A stretch of DNA of 64,000 nucleotides. Origin: Dorea sp. Lineage in GTDB: Bacteria; Bacillota; Clostridia; Lachnospirales; Lachnospiraceae. The notes under the pieces are model-generated. The model saw nothing but the letters and a program-made list of their open reading frames with translations, was not told the DNA's origin and did not search any database. A program made the position numbers and the translations under genes. The DNA lies in assembly GCA_050873945.1 (NCBI GenBank), contig JBNMJT010000001.1:6104-70103 (forward strand), in the 5' to 3' direction. Shown piece by piece: positions 40,323 to 49,836 of this stretch; position 1 is the stretch's first letter, and each line of letters opens with the position of its first letter.

Positions 40323-40798
40323 TTAAAATTCAATACCATCAATACTATTCAAAATAGTTTTAGCATTTTTATCATGCAAGTACGTTTTGTGTTCTGATAT
40401 TTACCAGAAGAATGCAAACCATAGATTTCTTCTACACTATAAGGCAGATTGTACAGATTTTCTCTGGTAATCAATACAAAATAATTGTCGGAAGTGCGTA
40501 CCAGAGAAGCAAATCTTTCGGTGTTTATAAAAGAATTTCCTTCATCAATAAAGATAATATTTCCTTTAATGTTTTGAAGAATCAGCTGCCAGTCGGGGCC
40601 TTCCAATATTCTGATTGGAACATCACAGATGACATCGATACCGCTGGATGAACCAAGAACAGATGCCTGTCGGATCATGTCTATCAGTGTAGTTTTGCCT
40701 GTAGCGCTGTCACCTTGAATAATGGTAATGTTTCGTTTGATTTCAAATTCATAATGTAATTTATTGTTTTGTACAATAACTGTATGTTTCCCTTTCAT
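40323..40798 (-). pseudogene. P-loop ATPase partner of DUF4869, apparently internally deleted (in-frame ORF 40798-40349, 149 aa)
   Basis: Walker A GDSATGKTT, Walker B IIFIDEG, H-loop-like VLITRE; protein-like tail YLHDKNAKTILNSIDGIEF* in another frame ending 40323. Confidence 0.6.
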
Positions 40799-40811
40799 GA
40801 TTACAATTCCT

Positions 40812-41252
40812 TTATACATATTCTCCGGCAATGCTGACAAACTCAGCCATGTTATGAACGATAGTATCAGTATTAAGAATTTTTGCTTCAAATTCATGAG
40901 AACCAAAGTTCATAAGATGCCGTAAGTTAATAGTTAAATCTTTTGTCTGTGCGATTTTAAGAATCCATTTCGCACAATTATCACCACAAGCGGATGCGTT
41001 AAATACATTACTACTCTCATCAAAAGCAAGCAGCATAAGTGTTTTCACTCCTCCGGATAATTCTTTTACAGATATAGGACCAAGTACCGGACTTTCAATC
41101 AGATGAGGACCAATCACAGTAGATTTATCAATGTCTTTTATCATGTCTACGGCTAAAGAGTCGGTGATCCATTCATCTTCATATCTGTTATCAAAATAAA
41201 CGGGAGGATGGTAGATTGAATTTGGCATATCACCAAGATATATATTAAGCAC
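40812..41252 (-). CDS. DUF4869 family protein
   Basis: YFDNRYEDEWI..MIKDIDKS..IESPVLG..LSGGVKTL..FNASACGDNCA family pattern; RBS AAGGAG, GTG start. Confidence 0.8.
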   Translation of the reverse strand: MLNIYLGDMPNSIYHPPVYFDNRYEDEWITDSLAVDMIKDIDKSTVIGPHLIESPVLGPISVKELSGGVKTLMLLAFDESSNVFNASACGDNCAKWILKIAQTKDLTINLRHLMNFGSHEFEAKILNTDTIVHNMAEFVSIAGEYV

Positions 41253-41457
41253 TGTAAAACTCTCCTTAAAAATTCATTTTTGTTTATTATTATACCGTAA
41301 AATAAAACACTTTACTATGCATTCTCTTAGACAATATTTGCTATGAATGTAGAATCTGCAATCCTTTATTGAAAAAACTTCCTTATAGTGCTAAAGTGTA
41401 CTAAAAAGGTATGTTTTAGCGAGTGCGTGAAAAAACATGCACCAAGGAGGAGAATTC

Positions 41458-42741
41458 ATGAGCGAATACAGAATAGGAACGAAATGTGTACAGGGCGGAT
41501 ATACTCCGGGAAACGGAGAACCAAGACAGATCCCGATCGTACAGTCAACAACATTCAAATACGCAACCAGTGAGGACATGGGGAAATTATTCGACCTGGA
41601 AGCGTCCGGATATTTTTATTCCAGACTTCAGAACCCGACCAATGATACAGTAGCAGCCAAGATTGCAGAGATGGAAGGCGGAACGGCAGCAATGCTGACT
41701 TCATCCGGACAGGCAGCGAACTTCTTCGCACTGTTCAATATCTGTGAATGCGGAGATCATATCGTAGCCTCTTCCTCTATTTACGGAGGAACATTTAATC
41801 TGATCGATGTAACGATGAGAAAGATGGGAATCGATGTAACATTCGTTTCACCGGATGCAACAGAAGAAGAGTTAAATGAAGCATTTAAGCCGAACACGAA
41901 AGTAATGTTCGGAGAGACAATTGCGAACCCGGCACTGACTGTACTGGATATTGAATTATTTGCCAAAGTGGCACATGCACACGGAGTACCGCTTATCGTA
42001 GATAACACATTCCCGACACCGGTCAACTGCAGACCAATCGAGTGGGGAGCAGATATTGTAACGCATTCGACGACAAAATATATGGACGGTCACGGAGCTG
42101 CACTTGGCGGAGCAATCGTAGACAGCGGCAACTTTGACTGGATGGCTCATGCTGAGAAATATCCGGGACTTTGTACACCGGATGACAGCTATCATGGAAT
42201 TACATATGCGGAGAAATTCGGCAAGGAAGGTGCATTTATTACAAAATGTACCGCACAGCTGATGCGTGACTTTGGATCGATCCAGTCACCACAGAATGCA
42301 TTCATCTTAAATCTTGGACTGGAATCCCTGCATGTACGTATGCCGAAGCACGTAGAGAACGGACAGGCAGTTGCAGAATTCCTGGAAGCACATCCGAAGG
42401 TAGCTTATGTGAACTATTCCGGACTTCCGTCTGATAAATATTATGAAAGAGCGCAGAAGTATCTTCCGAACGGAGGATGCGGAGTGGTATCCTTTGGATT
42501 AAAAGGTGGAAGGGAAGCGGCTTCGATCTTCATGAAGACATTAAAGCTTGGCGCGATCGAGACACATGTAGCGGATGCAAGAACATGCTGTCTGAATCCG
42601 GCAACATCTACACACAGACAGATGACAGATGAGCAGTTGAAAGAAGCGGGAGTACCTGCAGAGCTGATCCGTATCAGTCTTGGACTGGAGGATAAAGAGG
42701 ATCTGATCGCGGATATTTCCAATGCGCTGGATGCAATTTAA
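41458..42741 (+). CDS. metY: O-acetylhomoserine aminocarboxypropyltransferase (sulfhydrylase)
   Basis: YSRLQNPT, SSGQAA, ETIANP, VDNTF, HSTTKYMDGHG, PATSTHRQ, RISLGLED. Confidence 0.92.
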   Translation: MSEYRIGTKCVQGGYTPGNGEPRQIPIVQSTTFKYATSEDMGKLFDLEASGYFYSRLQNPTNDTVAAKIAEMEGGTAAMLTSSGQAANFFALFNICECGDHIVASSSIYGGTFNLIDVTMRKMGIDVTFVSPDATEEELNEAFKPNTKVMFGETIANPALTVLDIELFAKVAHAHGVPLIVDNTFPTPVNCRPIEWGADIVTHSTTKYMDGHGAALGGAIVDSGNFDWMAHAEKYPGLCTPDDSYHGITYAEKFGKEGAFITKCTAQLMRDFGSIQSPQNAFILNLGLESLHVRMPKHVENGQAVAEFLEAHPKVAYVNYSGLPSDKYYERAQKYLPNGGCGVVSFGLKGGREAASIFMKTLKLGAIETHVADARTCCLNPATSTHRQMTDEQLKEAGVPAELIRISLGLEDKEDLIADISNALDAI

Positions 42742-42747
42742 AAATTT

Positions 42748-42802
42748 AAAGCCACTGGGGACAGTAAAAAAGTCAAAGAACACTGTCACCAATGGCTTTT
42801 TT
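42748..42802 (+). terminator. Intrinsic terminator after metY
   Basis: AAAGCCACTGGGGACAG...CTGTCACCAATGGCTTTTTT. Confidence 0.6.
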
Positions 42803-42859
42803 TATGGAATCATGCTAAAATGGAAAAAGTCTTTATAATTATCAAAGAGAGGAAAAACT

Positions 42860-44182
42860 ATGAATAAAAGAGAATCATTTAGCAGCAGATGGGGATTTAT
42901 CTGTGCCTGTATCGGTTCAGCAGTCGGTATGGGAAATATCTGGATGTTTCCGACCAGAGTATCACTGTATGGCGGCGGTTCATTTCTGATACCATATTTT
43001 ATCTTTGTAATACTGATCGGATCGACAGGCGTAATCGGGGAGATGAGCTTTGGGCGTGCGGCAAAAGCCGGACCGATCGATGCCTTTGGAATTGCATGTG
43101 AGAAAAAAGGAAAGAGAAAAGCCGGAGAAGCACTGGGAATGATACCGGTGTTTGGATCACTTGCTATGGCGATTGGTTATACGGTCGTAATGGGATGGAT
43201 CCTGCGCTATGCAGTTGGAACATTTACCGGCGCAACGCTCCGGCCGGAGAATGTCGATGAATTTGGAGCCGCTTTTGGTAAGATGGCATCTGCATTTGGC
43301 AATAATATATGGCAGGTGCTTGCGCTTGTGGCATGCATGCTGATCCTGATGTTAGGTGTCGGAAGTGGTATTGAGAAAGCAAATAAGATTATGATGCCGA
43401 TATTCTTTACACTGTTCGTGATCCTTGGAATCTATGTCGGATTCCAGCCGGGGTCAGGAGAAGGATACCGTTACATTTTCAGAGTAGATCCGAAGGCATT
43501 CACAGATCCGACGACGTGGATCTTTGCACTGGGACAGGCGTTCTTTTCACTTTCGGTAGCGGGAAATGGAACACTGATCTATGGATCGTATTTGTCGGAT
43601 GAAGAAGATATTCCGGCTTCTGCAGGAAGAGTTGCATTTTTTGATACAATTGCAGCGTTGCTTGCAGCATTGGTGATCATTCCGGCGATGGCAACGACGG
43701 GAGCACAGCTGAATCAGGGCGGTCCGGGACTGCTCTTCATCTTTCTTCCGAATCTGATCAAGGGAATGCCGGGCGGCTGGCTGATCGCGATCATTTTCTT
43801 TGTTGCGGTATTGCTGGCAGGCATGACTTCACTGATCAACCTGTATGAAGCACCGATCGCAACCGTGCAGGAAAAGTTAAAGCTTGGCAGAGTTCCGGCA
43901 TGTGCACTTACGGGAATCGTGGGAGTGGTTGTATCACTTTTGATCCAGGGCATCGTATCGGACTGGATGGATGTACTGTCTATCTATATCTGCCCGCTTG
44001 GAGCAGGACTGGCAGGTATCATGTTCTTCTGGGTATGCGGAAAGGCATTCGTGGAAAAACAGGTCAATACCGGAAGAGAGAAACCATTTACGAAACATTA
44101 TTATACAATATGTAAATATTTTTATGTTCCGGTATGTTTTATCGTGCTGATTCTTGGAATTGTACTTGGAGGAATCGGTTAG
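42860..44182 (+). CDS. Sodium-dependent transporter, NSS/SNF family
   Basis: IGSAVGMGNIWMFP, GIEKANK, ALGQAFFSLS, GPGLLF. Confidence 0.93.
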   Translation: MNKRESFSSRWGFICACIGSAVGMGNIWMFPTRVSLYGGGSFLIPYFIFVILIGSTGVIGEMSFGRAAKAGPIDAFGIACEKKGKRKAGEALGMIPVFGSLAMAIGYTVVMGWILRYAVGTFTGATLRPENVDEFGAAFGKMASAFGNNIWQVLALVACMLILMLGVGSGIEKANKIMMPIFFTLFVILGIYVGFQPGSGEGYRYIFRVDPKAFTDPTTWIFALGQAFFSLSVAGNGTLIYGSYLSDEEDIPASAGRVAFFDTIAALLAALVIIPAMATTGAQLNQGGPGLLFIFLPNLIKGMPGGWLIAIIFFVAVLLAGMTSLINLYEAPIATVQEKLKLGRVPACALTGIVGVVVSLLIQGIVSDWMDVLSIYICPLGAGLAGIMFFWVCGKAFVEKQVNTGREKPFTKHYYTICKYFYVPVCFIVLILGIVLGGIG

Positions 44183-44257
44183 AAGAATAGAGAAAGCTGA
44201 AAGCAGAGCCAGATGTATTTGTGGATGTCTGGTGTGAAAGGAATGAGAGGATAAAGA

Positions 44258-45589
44258 ATGAAAAAAGGGAATGCAATAGCACTATTGCCGATCGGCGTAT
44301 TTTTGTGTATCTATCTGGGACTTGGGATCTCGTTTGAATATGTAATGAAGATTCCGATGGGATTCTATAACGTCCCGATCATTATCGCATTTCTTGCGGC
44401 GATTCTGGTTGCGTGTCTGCAGAACCGTAAGGTGAGTTTTGATGAGAAGCTTGGAATTATGGCGCAGGGACTTGCGGATAAGAATATTATTACAATGCTT
44501 CTGATTTTCCTGACAGCGGGATCATTTGTCGGAGTAGTAGGAAGAAGCAGTGCGGAGAGTGTGGCATACTTTATGCTGTCATTGATCCCTGCAAGATTTT
44601 CGGTTGCGGTATTATTTGTAGTAGCATGCTTCGTATCAGTAGCGATGGGGACATCGGTTGGAACGATCACACTGATCACGCCGATTGCGGTAGCAGTATC
44701 GAAGGCGTCTGGATTTGACATGGCACTTTGTATCGGTTCGGTCATGGGCGGTTCGATGTTCGGAGATAACCTTTCTTTTATCTCGGATACAACGATTGCG
44801 GCATGTAACGGACAGGGATGCCAGATGAAGGATAAATTCCGTGAGAACTTCGGAATCGCGCTTCCGGCGGCGATAGGAACGCTGGTGCTGATCCTGGTTC
44901 TTTCGTTCCAGACGGATATCGCAGGACGTGTGACGAAGTCATATAATTTAATACAGATCATTCCGTATGTGCTGGTACTGATCGGTGGAATCATCGGGAT
45001 TAACGTATTTGTGGTACTCTTGATCGGTATCGTATCTGGATCGGTGATCATGCTGGCAGGCGGTCACATCGCAGCAACAGATCTGCTGGCGAATATGGGT
45101 TCCGGAGCTTCCGGGATGTTCGAGACGAGTATGGTGGCAATCCTGGTAGCGGCTATGTGTGCGCTGATCCGTGAGTATGGCGGGTTTGATGCGTTGCTTG
45201 CAGGAATCCATAAAGTATTCAAAGGACGCAAAGGCGGTCAGCTCGGTATGGGACTTCTGGTCGGAACGATGGATATCGCAACGGCGAACAATACGGTAGC
45301 AATCGTTATGGCGAACCCAATCGCAAAGGATATGGCGGAAGAATACGGGATCACACCGAGAAAAGCAGCTTCAATACTGGATACATTTTCCTGTATTTTC
45401 CAGGGGATCATTCCTTATGGAGCGCAGATGCTGGTTGCGATATCTGCGGCGAGTGAACTGGGATATAATGTGTCGGCATTTCAGATCATGCCGAAGCTGT
45501 TTTATCCGTTTTTGCTGTTTGTGAGTTCTATGATATTTATCTTTGTGATTCCGGCAAAGAAGCAGGTGAAAAATGAATCTGAAAAATAG
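44258..45589 (+). CDS. NhaC family transporter (MetT-like, possible methionine uptake)
   Basis: AMGTSVGT, GGSMFGDNLSFISDTT, ANNTVAI, QGIIPYGAQ. Confidence 0.85.
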   Translation: MKKGNAIALLPIGVFLCIYLGLGISFEYVMKIPMGFYNVPIIIAFLAAILVACLQNRKVSFDEKLGIMAQGLADKNIITMLLIFLTAGSFVGVVGRSSAESVAYFMLSLIPARFSVAVLFVVACFVSVAMGTSVGTITLITPIAVAVSKASGFDMALCIGSVMGGSMFGDNLSFISDTTIAACNGQGCQMKDKFRENFGIALPAAIGTLVLILVLSFQTDIAGRVTKSYNLIQIIPYVLVLIGGIIGINVFVVLLIGIVSGSVIMLAGGHIAATDLLANMGSGASGMFETSMVAILVAAMCALIREYGGFDALLAGIHKVFKGRKGGQLGMGLLVGTMDIATANNTVAIVMANPIAKDMAEEYGITPRKAASILDTFSCIFQGIIPYGAQMLVAISAASELGYNVSAFQIMPKLFYPFLLFVSSMIFIFVIPAKKQVKNESEK

Positions 45590-45626
45590 ACACAGGATCT
45601 ATGCAGTTGTGGATTACTGTTTTATA

Positions 45627-45672
45627 TTGCCATGCATTCGTAAGAAGCTGCCAGTGGCAGGTTCTGTAGATC
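45627..45672 (+). repeat. REP-like element, long copy
   Basis: TTGCCATGCATTCGTAAGAAGCTGCCAGTGGCAGGTTCTGTAGATC. Confidence 0.75.
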
Positions 45673-45729
45673 AACGTATGCAAGAGCATTATCCTGAGAA
45701 TAAAAAAGAAGAAAAGGGGAACGGATATC

Positions 45730-46200
45730 ATGACAGAAGAAATCAGACAGAAACTGACAGGTGCGGTCATCGGACTTGCGAGAACCTGTGAGAATAACGA
45801 AAAGACAGAGAACACCAACCGGGTATTTTTAGAAGCACTGACGATGGCAGGAGACTGGTCGGCAAGTATTTTTGATATGAGTGAGATGCTGGAAAAAGTA
45901 AGAAATGAAAAGTATACAGTCTCACCGGGATGTGTAACGTGTGCGGCACCATGCGGGAATACAGATGATTATGATATGGAGAATCTGTGGAAGGAATCCG
46001 AAGAAATCGGAGCATTTAAGAATGCAATCTTGATGGGAATCTGTCAGGTGGCGGCGAAATTGTACCATGCAGATCAGACGGAAGAATCTGAGACGGTGAA
46101 ATTATTATTCCGTGCATTATGTATGATCAGCTTTGAGGGCTGGGATGTTGCAGGACTTACACCGGTGATGGTGGAGCTTGGGAAAGCCGGACGGATGTAA
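45730..46200 (+). CDS. Small protein resembling the N-terminal helical domains of hybrid cluster protein (Hcp)
   Basis: LTGAVIGLAR, EKYTVSPGCVTCAAPCGNTDDYDMENLW, AFKNAILMGICQVAAKLYHA, PVMVELGK. Confidence 0.65.
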   Translation: MTEEIRQKLTGAVIGLARTCENNEKTENTNRVFLEALTMAGDWSASIFDMSEMLEKVRNEKYTVSPGCVTCAAPCGNTDDYDMENLWKESEEIGAFKNAILMGICQVAAKLYHADQTEESETVKLLFRALCMISFEGWDVAGLTPVMVELGKAGRM

Positions 46201-46220
46201 AGATAAATAGAATAATATTA

Positions 46221-46273
46221 GCAGAAAGACTTTGAAAGGGATTCGAAAAAATCTGTTCCAAAGTCTTTTTTGC
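46221..46273 (+). terminator. Intrinsic terminator
   Basis: GCAGAAAGACTTTG...CAAAGTCTTTTTTGC. Confidence 0.6.
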
Positions 46274-46399
46274 TGTCATTCATTCAAAAGAAGCATTACT
46301 TATGAAAGATAAGAAAAATTATCTGATTTAATAGAAGATTAAAGATAAGAAATGCGTTATAATAACAATACACTGTATATATCAAGGAGGAACAAAAAC

Positions 46400-48187
46400 A
46401 TGACAGTACCAGAAAGACTTTCCGCACTTCGTAAGTGCATGGAAGAAAAGAACATTGATGTGTATGTAGTACCGACTGCAGACCTTCATCAGAGCGAATA
46501 TGTTGGGGAACATTTCAAAGCGAGAAAGTTCATTACAGGATTCTCAGGATCGGCAGGAACAGCTGTGATCACGAAGACAGAAGCAAGACTCTGGACAGAC
46601 GGACGTTACTTCATCCAGGCAGCAGCACAGTTAGAGGGGACAACTGTAGAACTTATGAAAATGGGTGAGCCTGGAGTGCCGGAGATGAATGCATACATTG
46701 AAGAGGTATTACAGGCAGGAGAGACACTCGGATTCGACGGAAGAGTCGTATCTATCGGCGAAGGAGAAGGCTATGCAGCCATCGCTGGAAAGAAGAATGC
46801 AAAAGTAAATTATCAGGTAGACTTAATCGATGAGATCTGGGAAGACCGCCCGGTATTATCCGAAGAGCCAGCATTTGATCTGGATGTAAAATATGCCGGA
46901 GAGACGGTAGAAAGCAAGCTTGCAAGAATCCGCGAAGAAATGAAAGAAGCAGGAACCAATGTGCACGTTGTATCTACGATCGACGACATCTGCTGGACTT
47001 TAAATATCCGTGGAAATGACATCGACTTCTTCCCTCTGGTATTATCTTACGGAATCATCACGATGGACAGCTTTGAACTGTATATCGATGAGAGAAAATT
47101 AGATGCTGAGTTAAAAGCCAAACTTGCAAAAGACGGCGTAAACTTACACCCATACAACGACATTTACGAAGACGTGAAGAAATTCGGCAGTGATGTAGTT
47201 GCGATGATCGATCCTGGAAAACTGAACTATGCATTATTCAATAACATTCCGGAAAATGTTAAGACAGTAGAAAAGAGAAATCCGGCGATCCTCATGAAAG
47301 CACTGAAGAATCCGGTTGAGATCGAGAACATCCGCAAGGCACAGATCAAAGACAGTGTTGCACATGTAAGATTCATGAAATGGCTGAAAGAAAATGTCGG
47401 CAAGATGAAGATCACAGAGATGAGTGCATCTGACAAGCTGGATGAGTTCCGTGCTGAGATGGGTAACTTCATCCGCCCAAGCTTTGAGCCAATCTCTTCA
47501 TTTGGAGAACACGGTGCGATCGTACACTACACATCTTCACCGGAGACCGATGTAGAGTTAAAAGAAGGTCAGTTATTCTTAACCGATACAGGAGCTGGGT
47601 TCTATGAAGGTTCCACAGATGTAACCAGAACTTATGCACTCGGCGAAGTTCCACAGATCATGAAAGACCACTTCACACTGGTTGCGATCAGTAACTTACA
47701 GCTTGGCAATGCGAAGTTCCTGGAAGGTTCTACAGGTATGGTTCTTGACATTCTTGCAAGAAAACCATTCTGGGACAGAGACTTAAACTTCAACCACGGT
47801 ACAGGACACGGAGTCGGATACCTTCTGAATATCCACGAAGGACCTGCAGGCTTCCGCTGGAAATACCGTCCGGGCGAGACAGAAGTCTTACAGGAAGGCA
47901 TGATCATCACAGACGAGCCGGGAATCTACATCGAAGGATCCCACGGAATCCGTCTGGAGAATGAACTTCTGACCCGTAAAGGAACACTGAATGAATACGG
48001 TCAGTTCATGTACTTCGAAGCAATCACCCTGATCCCAATGGATCTGGATGCGATCAACCCGGATATCATGACAGCGGAAGATAAGAAACTGTTGAATAAT
48101 TACCATGCAAAAGTATACGAAGTGATCGCTCCATATCTTGAAGAAGATGAGAAAGAGTGGCTGAAGAAATATACAAGAGCTATTTAA
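46400..48187 (+). CDS. Aminopeptidase P (Xaa-Pro aminopeptidase, M24B)
   Basis: HQSEY, TGFSGSAG, LWTDGRY, TDVTRT, HGTGHGVG, IHEGP, DEPGIY, GIRLEN. Confidence 0.95.
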   Translation: MTVPERLSALRKCMEEKNIDVYVVPTADLHQSEYVGEHFKARKFITGFSGSAGTAVITKTEARLWTDGRYFIQAAAQLEGTTVELMKMGEPGVPEMNAYIEEVLQAGETLGFDGRVVSIGEGEGYAAIAGKKNAKVNYQVDLIDEIWEDRPVLSEEPAFDLDVKYAGETVESKLARIREEMKEAGTNVHVVSTIDDICWTLNIRGNDIDFFPLVLSYGIITMDSFELYIDERKLDAELKAKLAKDGVNLHPYNDIYEDVKKFGSDVVAMIDPGKLNYALFNNIPENVKTVEKRNPAILMKALKNPVEIENIRKAQIKDSVAHVRFMKWLKENVGKMKITEMSASDKLDEFRAEMGNFIRPSFEPISSFGEHGAIVHYTSSPETDVELKEGQLFLTDTGAGFYEGSTDVTRTYALGEVPQIMKDHFTLVAISNLQLGNAKFLEGSTGMVLDILARKPFWDRDLNFNHGTGHGVGYLLNIHEGPAGFRWKYRPGETEVLQEGMIITDEPGIYIEGSHGIRLENELLTRKGTLNEYGQFMYFEAITLIPMDLDAINPDIMTAEDKKLLNNYHAKVYEVIAPYLEEDEKEWLKKYTRAI

Positions 48188-48200
48188 AAATTGTTGCTAT

Positions 48201-48567
48201 TAATTCATTAACGTGACTGGCTGCGGAAGTTAATGAACTAAGTGGCGGAAGCGGTAACCTTGCGAAGACTGCTACGGTATCACAAAGGCTACGCTCCCAC
48301 CATTTAATTCTTCAGACATTCGATACACACGGAATAAAGGTTAGCAACTCGTTCCAGTGAATGTGACGAGGTGTTGGAATATCTTAAGGTGTAAAATTAT
48401 GCGTTGGGGTTCTAAAATTTGCTTGTTTGAGCCGAATGGCGAGTTGCAAATTTTAGAACCCCGTTTTTAGCAGAATTTTATGCCTTTAGATATTCCCGCC
48501 GATGGAACCTGAACAGGAACGAGTTGCTAACCTTTATTCCGGTCCGGGTAGTCGGTCTGATGAACTA
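48201..48567 (+). repeat. Composite non-coding inverted-repeat element (two small hairpins plus ~260-bp rod)
   Basis: Perfect 26-bp IR 48330-48355/48516-48541, perfect 17-bp IR 48406-48422/48446-48462, further nested stems. Confidence 0.9.
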
Positions 48568-48576
48568 AACACCAAA

Positions 48577-49770
48577 TCAATCCTCATTCTCAAAAATCTT
48601 GATCAACTGTGAATTAGAGTTAGTTTTCCGAAAGTCAGAAAGTGTATCTTTTAACGTTGTATGCCGGTAGAAATATGTATTCCAGAGAAAACACCCCAAT
48701 GTAGCAATCCAGAGTACGGGCCACAATAAGATACATTTGTGAAGCTTTGGAAAGCGCACTTTCATCTGCAGATGTCCTTCTTTGAAGTAGGTGCATAGAT
48801 TTACTTTGGAATAAGAACCACTTCCTACAAGCGTTGTATCAGTTACTGTTCCCATATCACGCTCTTCTATAATTTTCAGCAGGAAGGTTTCGCAAATATC
48901 CGCCTGATAGTGGATGTCAGGATCGATGGAAGCCGGCAGTCCAAGATAGGTGTGAAGACATTCTATAATGATCTCATAAAAATGTAAGATCCTGGATTCT
49001 TTGCACCATTCATGCAATTGCTTAAAGTCAATATCATTTTTCCTGGAAATAAGAAATAAAGTAAAATCACACAGAAGCCGGATTCCAAATCCACTGAAAA
49101 GATAATGCTTTAACATATGGTGAAGCATATAAAAAGTGTATTCGGTAGGCGGAAGTACCCGGTAGGTGGAGCTTTCGATGGTCTGATATTCAGGACGGAT
49201 TCTATCTGTTGAGAATACATGATCTATAATCTGGTTAGCTTTATCATATTGATATATTCCGACGATCCGGAAATGAAGTTCCAGGATGCAGGTGCGTCCG
49301 GTTTTCGGAAAGGTATATAAATAAGTTACATGATGATCACAGAGTTCTGGATCAAGGATAAAACCGTTATCTTCTAATATCTTTTTTGCTTTTTTCAGGG
49401 CATCCGGATCTGGAATATACAGATCGAGATCTCCGAGTTTGCGGTATTCCGGAACGGGATAACAGGAGGCAAGGCTGATGCCTTTCAAAAGATAATAGGG
49501 AATCCCTGCCTCTTCCAGAAGGGAGACCGTAAGTTCAGTAAAATGTTCGAGCTGGTAGTACTGATACATTGTCATTTTTGTCTGCTGCTTCAGAGCAGAA
49601 AATGCTTCCGGGTATGATTTCATATAGGGAAGGAGAAAAGGAGATGTAAAATGCCGCTGTGCAAGTGACTGAAGTGCAGGCACATCTTCCGGATGAATGG
49701 TTACATTTTCTTTTTGATTCGTATATGCATTGCGGAGCATGCACAAATAAGTAGAAAAAAGCTGGTTCAT
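48577..49770 (-). CDS. Nucleotidyltransferase family protein (NTP_transf_5-like)
   Basis: LLKGISL..YP..YRKLGDLDLYI, LELHF, GFGIRLLCDF. Confidence 0.88.
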   Translation of the reverse strand: MNQLFSTYLCMLRNAYTNQKENVTIHPEDVPALQSLAQRHFTSPFLLPYMKSYPEAFSALKQQTKMTMYQYYQLEHFTELTVSLLEEAGIPYYLLKGISLASCYPVPEYRKLGDLDLYIPDPDALKKAKKILEDNGFILDPELCDHHVTYLYTFPKTGRTCILELHFRIVGIYQYDKANQIIDHVFSTDRIRPEYQTIESSTYRVLPPTEYTFYMLHHMLKHYLFSGFGIRLLCDFTLFLISRKNDIDFKQLHEWCKESRILHFYEIIIECLHTYLGLPASIDPDIHYQADICETFLLKIIEERDMGTVTDTTLVGSGSYSKVNLCTYFKEGHLQMKVRFPKLHKCILLWPVLWIATLGCFLWNTYFYRHTTLKDTLSDFRKTNSNSQLIKIFENED

Positions 49771-49836
49771 AATTCACTCCTTGTCAATCAATCTTCCATT
49801 TAGTATAACATAATAAAAAAACATGTGAAAAGAGAA

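Noticed and set aside
48201-48567. CRISPR array or autonomous IS
   Set aside because: Repeats are inverted and nested rather than direct with spacers; no cas or transposase ORF
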